Of a DNA stretch of 64,000 bases, positions 38,981 to 51,279 are shown piece after piece. The notes under the pieces were generated by a model. It did no database searches. It saw nothing but the letters and a program-made list of their open reading frames with translations, and had not been told where the DNA came from. Every line of letters starts with the position of its first letter. Within the stretch, counting starts at the first letter, position 1. The DNA comes from Octopus sinensis (lineage: Eukaryota): NCBI RefSeq assembly GCF_006345805.1, contig NC_043000.1, positions 36,022,001 through 36,086,000 on the forward strand, in the 5' to 3' direction. The position numbers and the translations under genes are program-made.

Positions 38981-40341
38981 TATATTTTTATCTTATTTTA
39001 TTTTATTTTTATTTTTACTTTTATTTTTACTTTTATCCTACTTCCATTTATTTTTATTTTTACTTTTATTCTACTTCCATTTATTCTCATTTTTATTTTC
39101 ATCCCTTACCTTAACTCTTATAATTTTTATAATTCTTATATTTCATTTCTAACTATTACATTGTATTTCTTATTTTTTATACTGTATTTTTTATTTCTAA
39201 TTTTTACCCTTACCCACATTCTTACCCCTAACTTATCGCTTTATACCTCTATATATGTTTATTTACTTACCTATAGATCCACTTTTTGACTATACGAGCG
39301 TCCGCGTACGTGTGTATACGCATACATACATATGCACGCGCATATATGTACATGCATATTTCGATATCTTATAGCTATACCCATGTGCGCGTGTGTCTCT
39401 GTGTATGTGAGTGTATATGTGCACGCGCATACGGACACACAGCCGTGTGTGCGTGCACGTATAGACATGAGTACGTGACTGTTTACATACGTTCTTATAT
39501 ACATCCTTTAATATCTTATATCTAGACCTAGAGGCGTGGGCATATACGTGTGTGTATGTAGGGATGGGCGCGTATGTACATGTGAGTATGTACGCGTATA
39601 GTGTCCGTGTATGCATGCGGATATTCTGTTGTATGTATGTGTGTGTACGCGCGTGCGTGTGGGTGCGTGTGTGTTTATGTACATGTTTACACGCGAGTGC
39701 GTGTGTATGCTTATAGGCTTGGAGGCGTATATGTACGCGTGTATGTGGGTGTATGTATCCATGATGATATGTATGTACTAGAAGTCCATTTAATTCAAGA
39801 AACCAGATTAAATGCTCATCAACTCTGATTTACAACACATTAGGTCCCCAGACGAAACTGTTGATTTACTGACAATTCTACAACTAAATTTTATCAATCT
39901 CCTGACCACCATGCTTGGTCCGTAACCTCTATACATCCCTTATCTTTACATTATTTTACATTTTTATCATGTTTTTATCATGTTTTTACTCTTATTTCTA
40001 TTTCTTTATATTTCTTTATATCCTTTATACCCCCTTTACATCTCCTTATAACTCTTTATATCTTTATGCTCTACATTTTTATATTTTTCTATACTTACAC
40101 CTTTTATACATTTGTTATCCCTGGTCCCGAATTCTCGCCCCTCCATCTTCACGTCTATATATGTATTTATTTATTTACATTACCTCAACATCCAGTTTTC
40201 CTCATTCTACATTGAGAGAAGAAGGAGATGGACGCTTCAATTCTATGCTGCTGCCGCATTATGTCGTACGCGAATGAGAGGATTCGCATCCCCAACCAAG
40301 AATTTTTGATGTAACACATGTCCTTGTGGAAGCTGTTGTAC

Positions 40342-40419
40342 GCGGCTGAAGAAGGCCACAGACATACATTATGCATTGTTATAAATCTGTCTAATAAAGG
40401 CCCGAAACATATGTACCGC
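40342..40419 (+). ncRNA. Type I hammerhead ribozyme with extended stem II (predicted)
   Basis: GCGG CUGAAGA A GGCC ACAG..CUGU CUAAUAAA GGCC C GAAAC AUAU GUA CCGC: intact core, 4-bp GC stem I, GUA triplet, palindromic stem III. Confidence 0.6.
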
Positions 40420-40531
40420 TGAATCCTTCGCATCATGTTTTTATTTTATTTTGATCAATTTACTCCACCACCTACACCACCAAACGGTATACACAGGTGC
40501 TTATAATTATCAAGTACTCACCCCGAATTTC

Positions 40532-40563
<32 letters not shown>

Positions 40564-40599
40564 TATAATATAATATAATATAATATATAATATAAGATA

Positions 40600-40800
40600 T
40601 ATATTTCTCTGTCCTTGTGTTTGTCCCCCACGACCAAGTGACAACTGGAGTTGGTGTGTTTACGTCCCCATCACCTAGCGATTCGGCAAAACAACTGATA
40701 GAATAAGTACTGGGATCGATTCATTTGACTAAAACGTTTCCAGGGCGGTGCCCCAGTATGACCACACTCTAATAACTGAAACAATTAAAAGATAGAAGAT
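40600..40800 (+). mobile_element. SINE family A 3' part
   Basis: tgtgtttgtccccc..gatagaataagtactgg..gcggtgccccagtatgacc..actgaaacaattaaaaga. Confidence 0.75.
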
Positions 40801-40951
40801 GAATGACAAATTCCTCAGAATGCTCATGAACTAAATCTTCCGTTAAACAACCAACGGTTCCAGTTTCGATTCCAGACTGGAACCAATTGATCCAACCTAT
40901 TCACTACGATCCAGGGACAGACGTAAACTTTGTACAATATCTTCCCGTCTG

Positions 40952-41148
40952 AAGGCGGCGTGCTGACAGACACGTTAGCACGCCGGCCAAGTGCTTAGTG
41001 GTCTTTACGTTCAAATTCCTCCGAGATAGACATTGCCTTTCATCCTTTGGGGGTCGATAAATTAAGTACTAGTTGCATACTGTGGTCAATCTAATCGACT
41101 GGCCTCCTCCCCCAAAATTTCGGGCCTTGTGCCTAGATTAGAAAAGAA
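40952..41148 (+). mobile_element. SINE family B
   Basis: aaggcggcgtgctgacagacacgttagcacgccgg..cctttcatcctttgggggtcgataaattaagtac. Confidence 0.8.
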
Positions 41149-41419
41149 TATTTTCCCGTCTCTTTTATAACTTGATTATCCCAAGTAAGAATATTTTCTT
41201 CGTATTATTTCTTTATTGAAATAATTCTCTCTCAATTTGGCACGAGGCCAGATATTCTGAGGGCCGTGTGAAGTTGGTTGCATCGAGCCCAGTGCTAAAC
41301 TAATACGTTGTTTCATCAAGCTCAAAGGATGAGAGCAATTGAACTCAGAACTTGAAGAGATGCCGCTATGCGTTTTGCCTGAATCTAACCATTTCGCCGC
41401 CACTTCATTGAAATAATAA

Positions 41420-41633
41420 CTTTCTGTTATAGGCGCTAAGCGTGAAATTTCGGGAACAAGTGTAGTCGATTACATCGATCCCCAGGACTCAACTGGTAAT
41501 TATTTTATCGACCCCGAAAAGGGTGAAAAGCGAAGTCAGCCTCCGCAGAATTTGAACTCAGAACGTAAAAACGGACGAGATGGCGTTAAGTATTTTTGCC
41601 CGGTGCTGTAACGATTTCGCCAGCTCGCCGCCT
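41420..41633 (-). mobile_element. SINE family B
   Basis: gtcgattacatcgatcccc..aatttgaactcagaacgtaa..gccagctcgccgcc. Confidence 0.8.
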
Positions 41634-41809
41634 TCCGCATTGAAATAGTTATCAAAAATAAAACTAATGAGGTATCTGCAATCGCTAGAGGTTGTCTCCA
41701 TAGAGAAATAATATGAAATATATGAAATTATAGAAAGTTGTAGCCGAGCGGCAGTTATTTCTAATAAACAACAGTGATGAAAATAATAATAATAATAATA
41801 ATAATAATG

Positions 41810-41843
<34 letters not shown>

Positions 41844-42083
41844 TAATAATAATAAAAAATATTTATCATAAATAAACTTAAATGAGACTCGTCTCCTTTA
41901 TGTGCCCCGGAGCCACATTTAACTTATTGTTTATGTCAGTGAGCGCGTCAGTTAAACAAAAATGGATTTCAGATATCGTTTATATAATTAAAGGTTGTTT
42001 AAAAAGTCGATAAGTTGCCGTACATCCAATTAAAAAGACGTAAATTGCTTATGAGTCTTAAAATATTTATCTCGCTCCTCAGA

Positions 42084-42135
<52 letters not shown>

Positions 42136-42226
42136 ATATGATATATGTATATGTATATATTTATATATTCATATATTTATATTTATACATACATATGTAT
42201 ATATATATATAATATATATATATATT

Positions 42227-42257
<31 letters not shown>

Positions 42258-42647
42258 GTATATACTAAAGAGTAGCTAAAGTCTTAGAGGTCAAAACTCC
42301 TTTCTTGAAAAATGAGAAAATATTGATATTACTTGGGGAGGAGAGTAAGGAAGTGGAAAAACATAAGAAAGAGAAGTACGTATGTACGTACGTATACATA
42401 CATACATGCACACACACACAGAGATATACATACATATATACATGCATACATACATATACATTCATTCATATCTACTAATATTTATATATATTTATGTATA
42501 AATGTATATATGAATATATAAATGCATGTATGCATGCATATATATATATGCATACATGTATATGTATATATATATATTCATATTTATATGTGCATGCATA
42601 TATACATACTATACATACATATACAATATACATATACATACATATAC

Positions 42648-42692
<45 letters not shown>

Positions 42693-42755
42693 CAACAAAA
42701 TGAAGTAGAAGCAGAAAGCTAATAGAGTAATTGTAAAATAATAATAATAATAATA

Positions 42756-42808
<53 letters not shown>

Positions 42809-43445
42809 TAATAATAATAACAATAATAACTACTATAACAATATTTATAATAATAAGGATACTGAAAGAAATGATATAGTAATATTGAAAAATAAAAGGA
42901 AAAAATGTAAAAAGAGAAAAAAGAAAAGTCGACATCTTTGATTCAGTGATTTTTGAAAGAAAGCCAAGATAAATGTTGTCTGAAGTGAACCTTCTTAGTT
43001 AATTGTAAGTTTATTTGATAAGAGAGTCAAAGCGATGAATAAATAAGTATTAAGAAATGGTTGGGCACCATAACAAATTAAAAACATTGTGTTAGCATTT
43101 GTGAGAAAAACATAACAGATTTTGTAGCGCAGGGAATAATCTCTCCGTCCAGGTTGGCAGCTGGATGGGTTTGGGAAAACGCATCAGGTGGAGGCCATTT
43201 CTTTTAAACTGCCGTCGTTAATATTTGTGGGAAAGGCATGAATGTAACAACAGCATTCTGTTATTATAAACGTTATGACACTGATATCTCATTATCTGAT
43301 TCTTGATGTGAATTCTGAAACTAGAAAAGTAAAATAGAAACAGTGCATGTTTATTATTGACATAATGACCCTCACAAGATACAAAAAACAAAAAAAAAAG
43401 AAGAAATATAACATTGATGTTTTCTAGATACGTTAGAATCATCTA

Positions 43446-43858
43446 AAGGTGGCGAACTAGCAGAAACGTTAGCAGACCGGGCGAAATGCGTAGCCGTACT
43501 TCGTCTGAGTTACGTTCTGAGTTCAAATTCCGTTGAGGTCGACTTTGCTTTTCATCCTTTCGGGGTCGATGAATTAAGTACCAGTTACGCACTGGGGTCG
43601 ATATAATCGACTTAATCCTTTTGTCCGTCCTTGTTTGTCCCCTCTGTGTTTAGCCCCTTGTGGGTAGTAAAGAAATAGGTATTTCGTCTACCGTTACGTT
43701 CTGAGTTGAAATTCTACCGAGGTCGACTTACCTTTCATCCTTTAGGGGTCGATAAATTAAGTACCAGTTACGCACTGAGGTTGATGTAATTGGCTTGATC
43801 CCTTGGTCTGTTCGTGTTTGTCCCCTCTATGTTTAGCCCCTTGTGGGCAATAAAGAAA
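43446..43858 (+). mobile_element. Two tandem SINE family B copies (second lacks the head)
   Basis: gttacgttctgagtt..gaggtcgact..gtaccagttacgcactg..ccccttgtggg..taaagaaat repeated with about 185-bp period. Confidence 0.9.
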
Positions 43859-44519
43859 TTAAAAATAAGAAATAAGAAACATCTACTAGTGCTAACCAGC
43901 AAACGAGGAAACATCTGCGTGGTAATTCTACATGCTAGAAGTAGTAACCAAATATCTTTGAAATAACATTTTCATTGTTGCTCGGTATACCCATGAAAAG
44001 ACAGGACGGTCACGATTGGAATACTTTTGTTATAGGTCAGTTCGGTCAGGATTCAACTTAGGTTGAACAAAAGTTACAATAACAAGAACTGCACACAACA
44101 GTCAAGCTAACGGAGGACCTCAACAAGCGCACTCAATCTTAAAATCGCTGCTAAATGTCCCTCAAATAACAGGCAAGAAGAATGCATGAGATAATGCAGT
44201 CCTACATAAAGTATGTTTGAATGAAAGATGTGATGGTCATGGCTAGAACACCTGTAATCATAGACTTGTTAGGTAAGTATTAATCTGGGGGTTCATTAAC
44301 AAGATTCGCACACACGTACAAACGCGTGCAAAAACACACGCACACACTCACACACGCATGTGCACACACACATGCATGCACACACATACTTTGACACATG
44401 CACATACGCTCGCAAACACACACACACAATCCTTGATCTCTGGTTTCCATGTCCTATAAATAACCCACATCACAACAATCTCCATCAACGAGACGCCAGT
44501 GCGTCGCAGGATTCAAAGA

Positions 44520-44702
44520 CCAACAGTTTTGAGGGGAGGGGGCTAGTTGATGACAGTGACTCCGTACTTTACTTCATCGACCACCGGTGGGATGAAAGTC
44601 AAAGATGAACTCAACGGTATTTGAACTCAGAATGTTAAGAGCCTAATGAAATACCGCTAAGCTTTATGTCTGATTTACTAACGATTCTGCCAGCTCGCCT
44701 TA
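44520..44702 (-). mobile_element. SINE family B, diverged
   Basis: tttgaactcagaatgtt..aaataccgctaagc..ttctgccagctcgcc. Confidence 0.7.
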
Positions 44703-44844
44703 CATATATCTGTCTACATGTCCGTCCGTCCACCAGTCCGTCCACCTGTCCGTCCACCTGTCCGTCCGATCTTCCGCCTTGTCCGTCTGTCTGAATGTAT
44801 GTGTGTATGTCATTATTCAGTTTTATTTCAAGATTTCTTGCCAA

Positions 44845-44937
44845 TAGAGAAAGGACCGGTTTCTAACCTAGATTCAAGTCTCCCTCATTGGAATTTCAAC
44901 ATCATCAACAGGGTATTCTTGTATGTATAAATGTGTG

Positions 44938-44971
<34 letters not shown>

Positions 44972-45230
44972 TGTATGTATGTATGTATATGTATGTATGC
45001 TGTATGCATGTATGTATATATGTATGTACGTATATATGTATGTATGTATGTGTGTGTATGTATGTATGTATGTATGTATGTATATTCGTGTGTGTATGTT
45101 GGTAAGAGCTATTTATTGTTTGATTATAGGTTAATGTCGCATCGAGTCTTGAATGGAACATCTGTTTTAGTCTGCTTACGTGAATAATGCCATTGGGAAG
45201 GGCATAATACCACAACATCTCATTTCCACT
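44845..45230 (-). repeat. Repeat homologous to 3395-3460, interleaved with (ACAT)n; probably RLE-LINE 3' UTR
   Basis: gatgttgaaa..atctaggttagaaaccgg is shared by both sites. Confidence 0.5.
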
Positions 45231-46282
45231 GTCTTAAAACAAGGCATGGTGGCTACAATCTACGCGATTCGTTTTGACTAAACATAAAATCAATCGTCGA
45301 AAAGAATGCGAGTTTCTTTTCACCTGTGTGAATTACTGGTCTTTACAGATGTTTTAAATGTAAAGCTGAACACGACAGGATATAAATTAAAATTCGAAAC
45401 TAAGAGATATGCAACTGATTAATGTAAACCTCAACGTTTTCCCGCCTGTAATATCACAATTGTTTGGTTTGGTCTTTTTCATTGTGGTTACAGTTTTACA
45501 GACATAGTTACTTAACCACCTCTGCTGCCCCAGGGCTATTTTCAAAAGCAAATGCCTAGCTCCCTTTTTCACACATTACCCCCTTCTCCACTCGTGAATA
45601 CACCACGAATGTAAGACCAGTCAGTACGTTCGCAATATCCATGGAAATGCTAGGCATGCTAGATGCTGGTTAAATATAACCGTATACATCTACTTTAGGG
45701 TTATCTGTCGGAGTTTACTCCCATAGCATTTTTTAAATGCCCAATAAATTCCCCTCCAAAGTAGCAGGGGATTCCTTTTACAGTGGGCACAGTTTGTGCA
45801 GAGCCAGTCTTACTCTCTTGTTCGTCTGGTGCAACAAACGTCACGAGCCCAGTAAATGTCAGGATGTAGAATTTGTATGGAGTTATCTCCTCTTAGATGA
45901 GCAGCTAAAGAATAGCTGAAGGGCCTCATATGTACTGATTTCGTTGGGGTGCCCGTGAGTGACATTCCAGAGGTCACTCCCAGATATACTAATTAACCTA
46001 TAGTTGGGACCTTGCCAGGTATTATTGCTCCGGGTCAAAACACACTTAAGAACAACGGCTAAGGGATGGTTGCGCACTCCTCAAAATCTAGAGCTCCTGG
46101 ACCAGTGGCCCTCAACCAGACACAGTTTAAGGTCATACGCTGGAATAATATCACAATTGACAAGATGGCGAGCTGGCAGAATTGTTAGCGCGTCAGACAA
46201 AATGCTTAGAGGCATTACTTTCAATTCCCTACAGTCTGCGATCAAATGCCGCTGAGGTCGACTTTGCCTGTCATCCTTTTAA

Positions 46283-46535
46283 CGAATGCTCGTAGCTTAG
46301 TGGTTAGGGTATTCGGATCAAGATCATAAGGTTGTGGGTTCGATTCCTGGCGGCGCGTTGTTGTCCTTGAGTAAGACACTTAATTTCACGTTGCTCCACT
46401 CAGCCTTGTTACATTCTATGTCACGCTGAATCTAAGGGTACATGTAACTTCAGTACTCAGCCGCTTGTATGTAAATTTCACGAACGGATTGTTCCATTGA
46501 TTGGATCAACAGGAATCCTCGTCGTCGAAACTGAC
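46283..46535 (+). mobile_element. Diverged tRNA-headed SINE sharing the family C variant 1 tail
   Basis: gtagcttagtggttagggtattcgg..gggttcgattcctgg head; tgtcacgctgaatc..aatttcacga..ggatcaac..cctcgtcgtcg tail as at 15790-15920. Confidence 0.7.
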
Positions 46536-47624
46536 GAAGCGCCAGCTGTTAATCACAATTACCAATTTAATTATACATTCGTTTTTCTATCACATTAAAC
46601 ACAAATTGAAAATCGCCATTGAAAGATATAGGCCGCGATCAAAGTAGGTTTCTGGCTTGTCTTGTATTCCAGGGGCTAGCATTTTCTCACTTAACTCGCT
46701 AATGTCTTTAGAGAAACACATCAGAACGTTTTAGCCTTCTTTCACTCAAATCTCTCAGATTTCAGCCCAAAATATACGAAATCATTCACTGGCCGGAATT
46801 TATCTCGAGCGCTTATCGCTCGTCCAGAACAATTCAAACTTACGTCCAAGTTTATCTCTAATGTAACCAGACTTGAAATTAAATCCATTTACTTACCGTC
46901 TCATCACTATTTACTTGTAGTTACCAGATTATTTTTAACCTATAATTTTTCACCATCGAAGTCATCTAATCTCATATTATAATTAGATTGCTTTACATTA
47001 TAGTTTCACAGATGAATAAGATTCATAAAATGGTATAACTAAACAGCAGCGATATGAAGAGGAGATAAAGGGGTGTATAATATATATATATTTAATTAAC
47101 GATGATTGATAGTGTTGATTCACGATGCAAGCGATGTGTCATGGGGTTGGGCGAGGACTGACAGAATAACAGATATTTTGTGTGACACATGATAACATTA
47201 ATCAACGCAACGTAGATAGCCAAAACTTAACTATTAGTTTTTATGAGTGCCAAGTTGGCGATTACTGATGAAGTTTTCATATTGGACACAATAAATCGGT
47301 TCGATCCCTGCTTAAAGATGCCAAAAGTCCGGTGGTTTAACCATGGGTCCTATATTTTTGTTGATTTTTTTTTTCAAGTATTTTCCTTTGTTCATATCAA
47401 TGTTAAGTTTTACTCAAATACCGCCGTGGTTGACCTTGCCTTCCATCCCTTCGGGATCAATGAATTAAGTAAGAACCGCTCAAGTACTGGGGCCGATGTA
47501 ATCGACTAGGCCCCTCGCATCAAAATTTCAGGTTTTGTGTCAAGTATTAAGTTTTGCAATGGCGGCAAGTTGTCATAATCGCTAGCGTGTTTCCTCTGCC
47601 TTTTTATGTTTTGAGTTAAAATAA

Positions 47625-47848
47625 CCTTTTCTACTACAGGCACAGGGCCTGAAATTTGTGGGGAGGGGACTAGCCGATAACATTGACCCCAGTGTTTCAC
47701 GGGTACTTAATTTATCGACCCTGAAAGGATGAAAGAGTGAAAGGCAAAGTCAACCTCTGTGGAATTTGAACTCAGAACGTATAGATGGACGAAACACCGC
47801 TAAGCATTTAGCTCGGCTCGCTAACGTTTCTGCCAGCTCGCCACCTTC
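47625..47848 (-). mobile_element. SINE family B
   Basis: ggcaaagtcaacctctgtggaatttgaactcagaacgta..ttctgccagctcgccacc; an opposite-strand fragment lies at 47411-47545. Confidence 0.8.
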
Positions 47849-48214
47849 TTTTTGAGTTAAAATAATGTCGAAGTGATTTTGATTTAGCATAATTTTGGGG
47901 CCGATAAAATAAATACCAGTTGACTACTGGTTCCATGGATAATTGTCAGCCCATTACAGCTGTTTCTTACGTACATTTTTAATTACGTATCAGCTGTTAT
48001 GGGCTGACATTTACCCATCGTCTGTTATCATTCATTTGATTATAATACACCAAGGACGTTTACGACTCGTCGGACACCCTTGAGTATAACAACAACATAC
48101 TATCCAAAGTAACGCATAATTTGGACCGGCCCCTAGGTACTATACACTCATAGGGTTGTTCTTCTATGTGTTCACAACCGGAATATCCTATTTGATACTT
48201 ACCAACCATAGGAT

Positions 48215-48380
48215 GGAATCACGGGATTCTTTCCGTTTCCCTTTACCAAATCCGCTCAAAAGGCTTTGGTCGGGCCTGGACTATAGTAGAATACACTTGC
48301 CCAAGATGCCACCCAGTGGGACTGAACCCAGAACCATGTGATCGGAAAGCAAACTTCTTACCACGCAGCCACGCCTGCGA
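48215..48380 (-). mobile_element. SINE family A head and central domain
   Basis: acacttgcccaagatgccac..gggactgaacccagaaccatgtg..cttaccacgcagccacgcctgcg. Confidence 0.8.
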
Positions 48381-49482
48381 ACATTTATTTTTCTCTTGGA
48401 TTATTGGTGCCGCAGTAAATTATGGTTGCATGCAGCATGCAACCTGGTTTAAATTCTCGGTTGCGATAGTATCGTTTACAGTTAGATATTCTCCAGGGAT
48501 AAAGGAAAAGAACAAATTATGTGAGTCACTATGGTTTCCCAATTCCATCTGCAGCGTCACCGTAGGGCTTGAAGCCTAATTAAGAAATCTCTCTACTTAA
48601 TATTGACATTTCTCATTATTTTTTTAAATATATATCTTAATTTTTCTTTACACTCGCAAATGGTGTCTGATATTTCAGTGCCTGGGGAAAGTAACTTGAT
48701 TAACAAACATATATTACACATTCGATATTTCAATCTTCCTGTACAAATTTTTATTTATAATAAAAGAAATATAAAAAAAACCCCCCAAAACTGTCAGCAA
48801 TCTGTTTATTGTTAAGATTTATACTAACAAAATAAAGATCTGCTCCTTAAACAGAATCCTATTAGAAGATTCTAGAATATTTTTGAAATGAGATATTGGG
48901 TTTTATTGATCATGGCTTGTACTTTAGTAGCATCTTATTTATTGGGAAGTTTTTTTCTTTCAACGTTTTGAGTTGGAATTATTGTATCATGGTTCGTTCG
49001 GTAAATTAATTTATGCGAGTAAGTTATTGAACAATATCCATTTTGGTTCTGGTTTTCTTTTTAACGATGAATGATGTCTTATTACTCTTCATGTTCTATA
49101 TTGTTGCTGCCGGAGAAGGTATTGCTGAACTAAACTAAACAATACTCGTTCTGTTCGGTTGTTTTTGTGAAAATATCCACTCTTGAAATATGGAGGAGAT
49201 TTTGTCAATTATTCAAAATGATTTTATGTAAAAATATTCTCTTCATATAAACATTTTTAATTAATGATTCTCAAGTAGACATGATTTTAATCAATCAATA
49301 TGTTTTAATGAAAATTTCTGAGTTAAATTACAAATACTTAAAGTTATATAAAGTGATCTGTGAATCTAGTATACATATGTCTTATCTTTTATCAATGTTT
49401 GTGCTTCCGGAATTCATTAATTGAATTCTCTTCGATATTTATGTAAAAAGTTTCAAAAAGAGCGTGTGTAACTGTTTATGCC

Positions 49483-49583
<101 letters not shown>

Positions 49584-49639
49584 GAGCGTCATATCAAAGT
49601 AGGACTTATTTAAACATTATCATGATTTATTCACAGAAG

Positions 49640-49990
49640 TGGATATAATACATGGTCTGTGAGTGAAATACATCTCCAAGACGAGCTGCCACACATTATT
49701 GGTAATGTACCCTGGAATCGTTCGGGGTTTCGGTCCTTTCAGCATGAAACATCTCCGCCCAGAACGCCCAACCCAGGTTGATAACAATTCAACTTGCGCC
49801 TCAGCTGTAACAGTCATCGGATCGGCCCACTTAATCCAAAGCCACCTGGTGGCATTTCTTGCAGTTTCCCTTTCAGGGTGAATGGTTCTCTTCTTTTCTA
49901 TCCCTGCAAAACTAAAATGGTGGAGCAGAGTGTGAGTCTTTCGAAATCCCTACACTCCGCCCTTTTAGGCTCATAACAAAGGTTGAGTTT
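49640..49990 (-). mobile_element. HERO-like RLE non-LTR retrotransposon C-terminus and 3' UTR
   Basis: EPKRAECRDF..KKRTIHPERETARNATRWLWIKWADP resembles the HERO pattern PIEVGCRGF..AAEKASRWLWIKR..DP recalled from memory; the UTR gaaaggaccgaaacccc..ccagggtacattacc also resembles HERO. Confidence 0.6.
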
Positions 49991-50457
49991 AAATGTGTGA
50001 AATCTGTGTGCATAAAATGTTGCTGGAGAGCAGGGAATTGATAGCAAAAATATTGTTTTGATGTCTTTATTGAGAAGATTGGTTCGGTATAATGCATTTG
50101 TATCCAGGGGCAGATCAGTAAGATTAAATTGCCAAAATCTCAGTGCATGCCATTAAGAGATTTCTGTTCCAGTGAAATTTCCAAGCCTGGATGCAGGTTG
50201 TGTTTTAGGTTGCATTTGCAGAAAATCTTTAGGCAGAAGGAGAAGAAATCTAAAGAGAGCGGTATAAGGAGAATGGGAGGTATAGTGGGAGATAAAAGTA
50301 ATTGGAAGAAGTGACTGAGCGTTGATGCTCTTTGAAATGTCATCCGTGTTTTACATGTTTCAGACATGTCAAGAACGAAGACCAATTCCTGCTGTGGAGA
50401 GATGTATAAAAATTGTCAACACTAAAAGAAGAGAGGTGTAAAGGTGAGGGCGTGGGT

Positions 50458-50685
50458 AATGAGCTGGCAGAAAGGTTAGCACGCCGGGCGAAATGTGTAG
50501 CCATATTCGTCTGTCGCTACGTTCTGAGTTCAAATTCCGCCGAGGTCGACTTTGCCTTTCATCCTTTCGGGGTCCATAAATTAAGTACCAGTTACGCACT
50601 GGGGTCGATGTAATCGGCTTAATTTGTTTGTCTGTCCTTGTTTGTCCCCTCTGTGTTTAGCCCCTTGTGGGTAGTAAAGAAATAA
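50458..50685 (+). mobile_element. SINE family B, near-consensus
   Basis: gagctggcagaaaggttagcacgccgggcgaaatg..gaggtcgactttgcctttcatcctttcgggg..gtgggtagtaaagaaata. Confidence 0.9.
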
Positions 50686-50846
50686 ATATTAAGTATTTGA
50701 GTGTCAGTAAGTCGCTAAGAAGCGAGAATAAGGAGAAATAGGATTCATAAACAGACGAACCATCTACGACATTAAACGAAAAACAACAAGGATTTCTTTA
50801 GCCATAAAAAAAACATTTGTTTTCTGGTGTATAGTGTCCAATACTT

Positions 50847-51043
50847 CAGTTCTATATTTAAGAGATGAAGAATTATGTACATTATTTACATTATTTACAT
50901 TTGACGGATATTTGTCCTCATCTTGTTTGTTGTTAACACAACGTTTCAGCTGATATACTCTCCAGTCTTCATCAGGTGTTTTGGAGAAATTTCGAACCTG
51001 GGTTCTCATTCCTAAGATATTTTCGAATAATAATAATAACAAC

Positions 51044-51111
<68 letters not shown>

Positions 51112-51279
51112 TAATAATAATAATAATAATAACAACAACAATCAAAAAACACCTTAGGAATGAGAACCTAGGTTCGAAATTTCCCCAAGACACCGGAAGA
51201 AGGCTGGAGGATATATCAGCTGAAACGTTGTGTTAACAACAAACAAGACGAGGACAAATATCCGTCAAATGTAAATAAT
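50847..51279. mobile_element. Penelope-like insertion: two inverted terminal repeats around (AAT)n, each with a hammerhead motif, 13-bp TSD
   Basis: gtgtccaatactt at 50834-50846 and 51280-51292; hammerhead motifs at 50935-50980 (minus) and 51189-51234 (plus). Confidence 0.75.
50935..50980 (-). ncRNA. Minimal type I hammerhead motif (stem II partly mismatched)
   Basis: AACAC CUGAUGA A GACUG GAGAGUAUAU CAGCU GAAAC GUU GUGUU. Confidence 0.55.

Noticed and set aside
45600-46150. Repeat-free block with a weak fibronectin-III-like scrap (ITPYKFYILTF) and a gtaaga donor on the minus strand
   Set aside because: No continuous open frame and resemblance too short to support.
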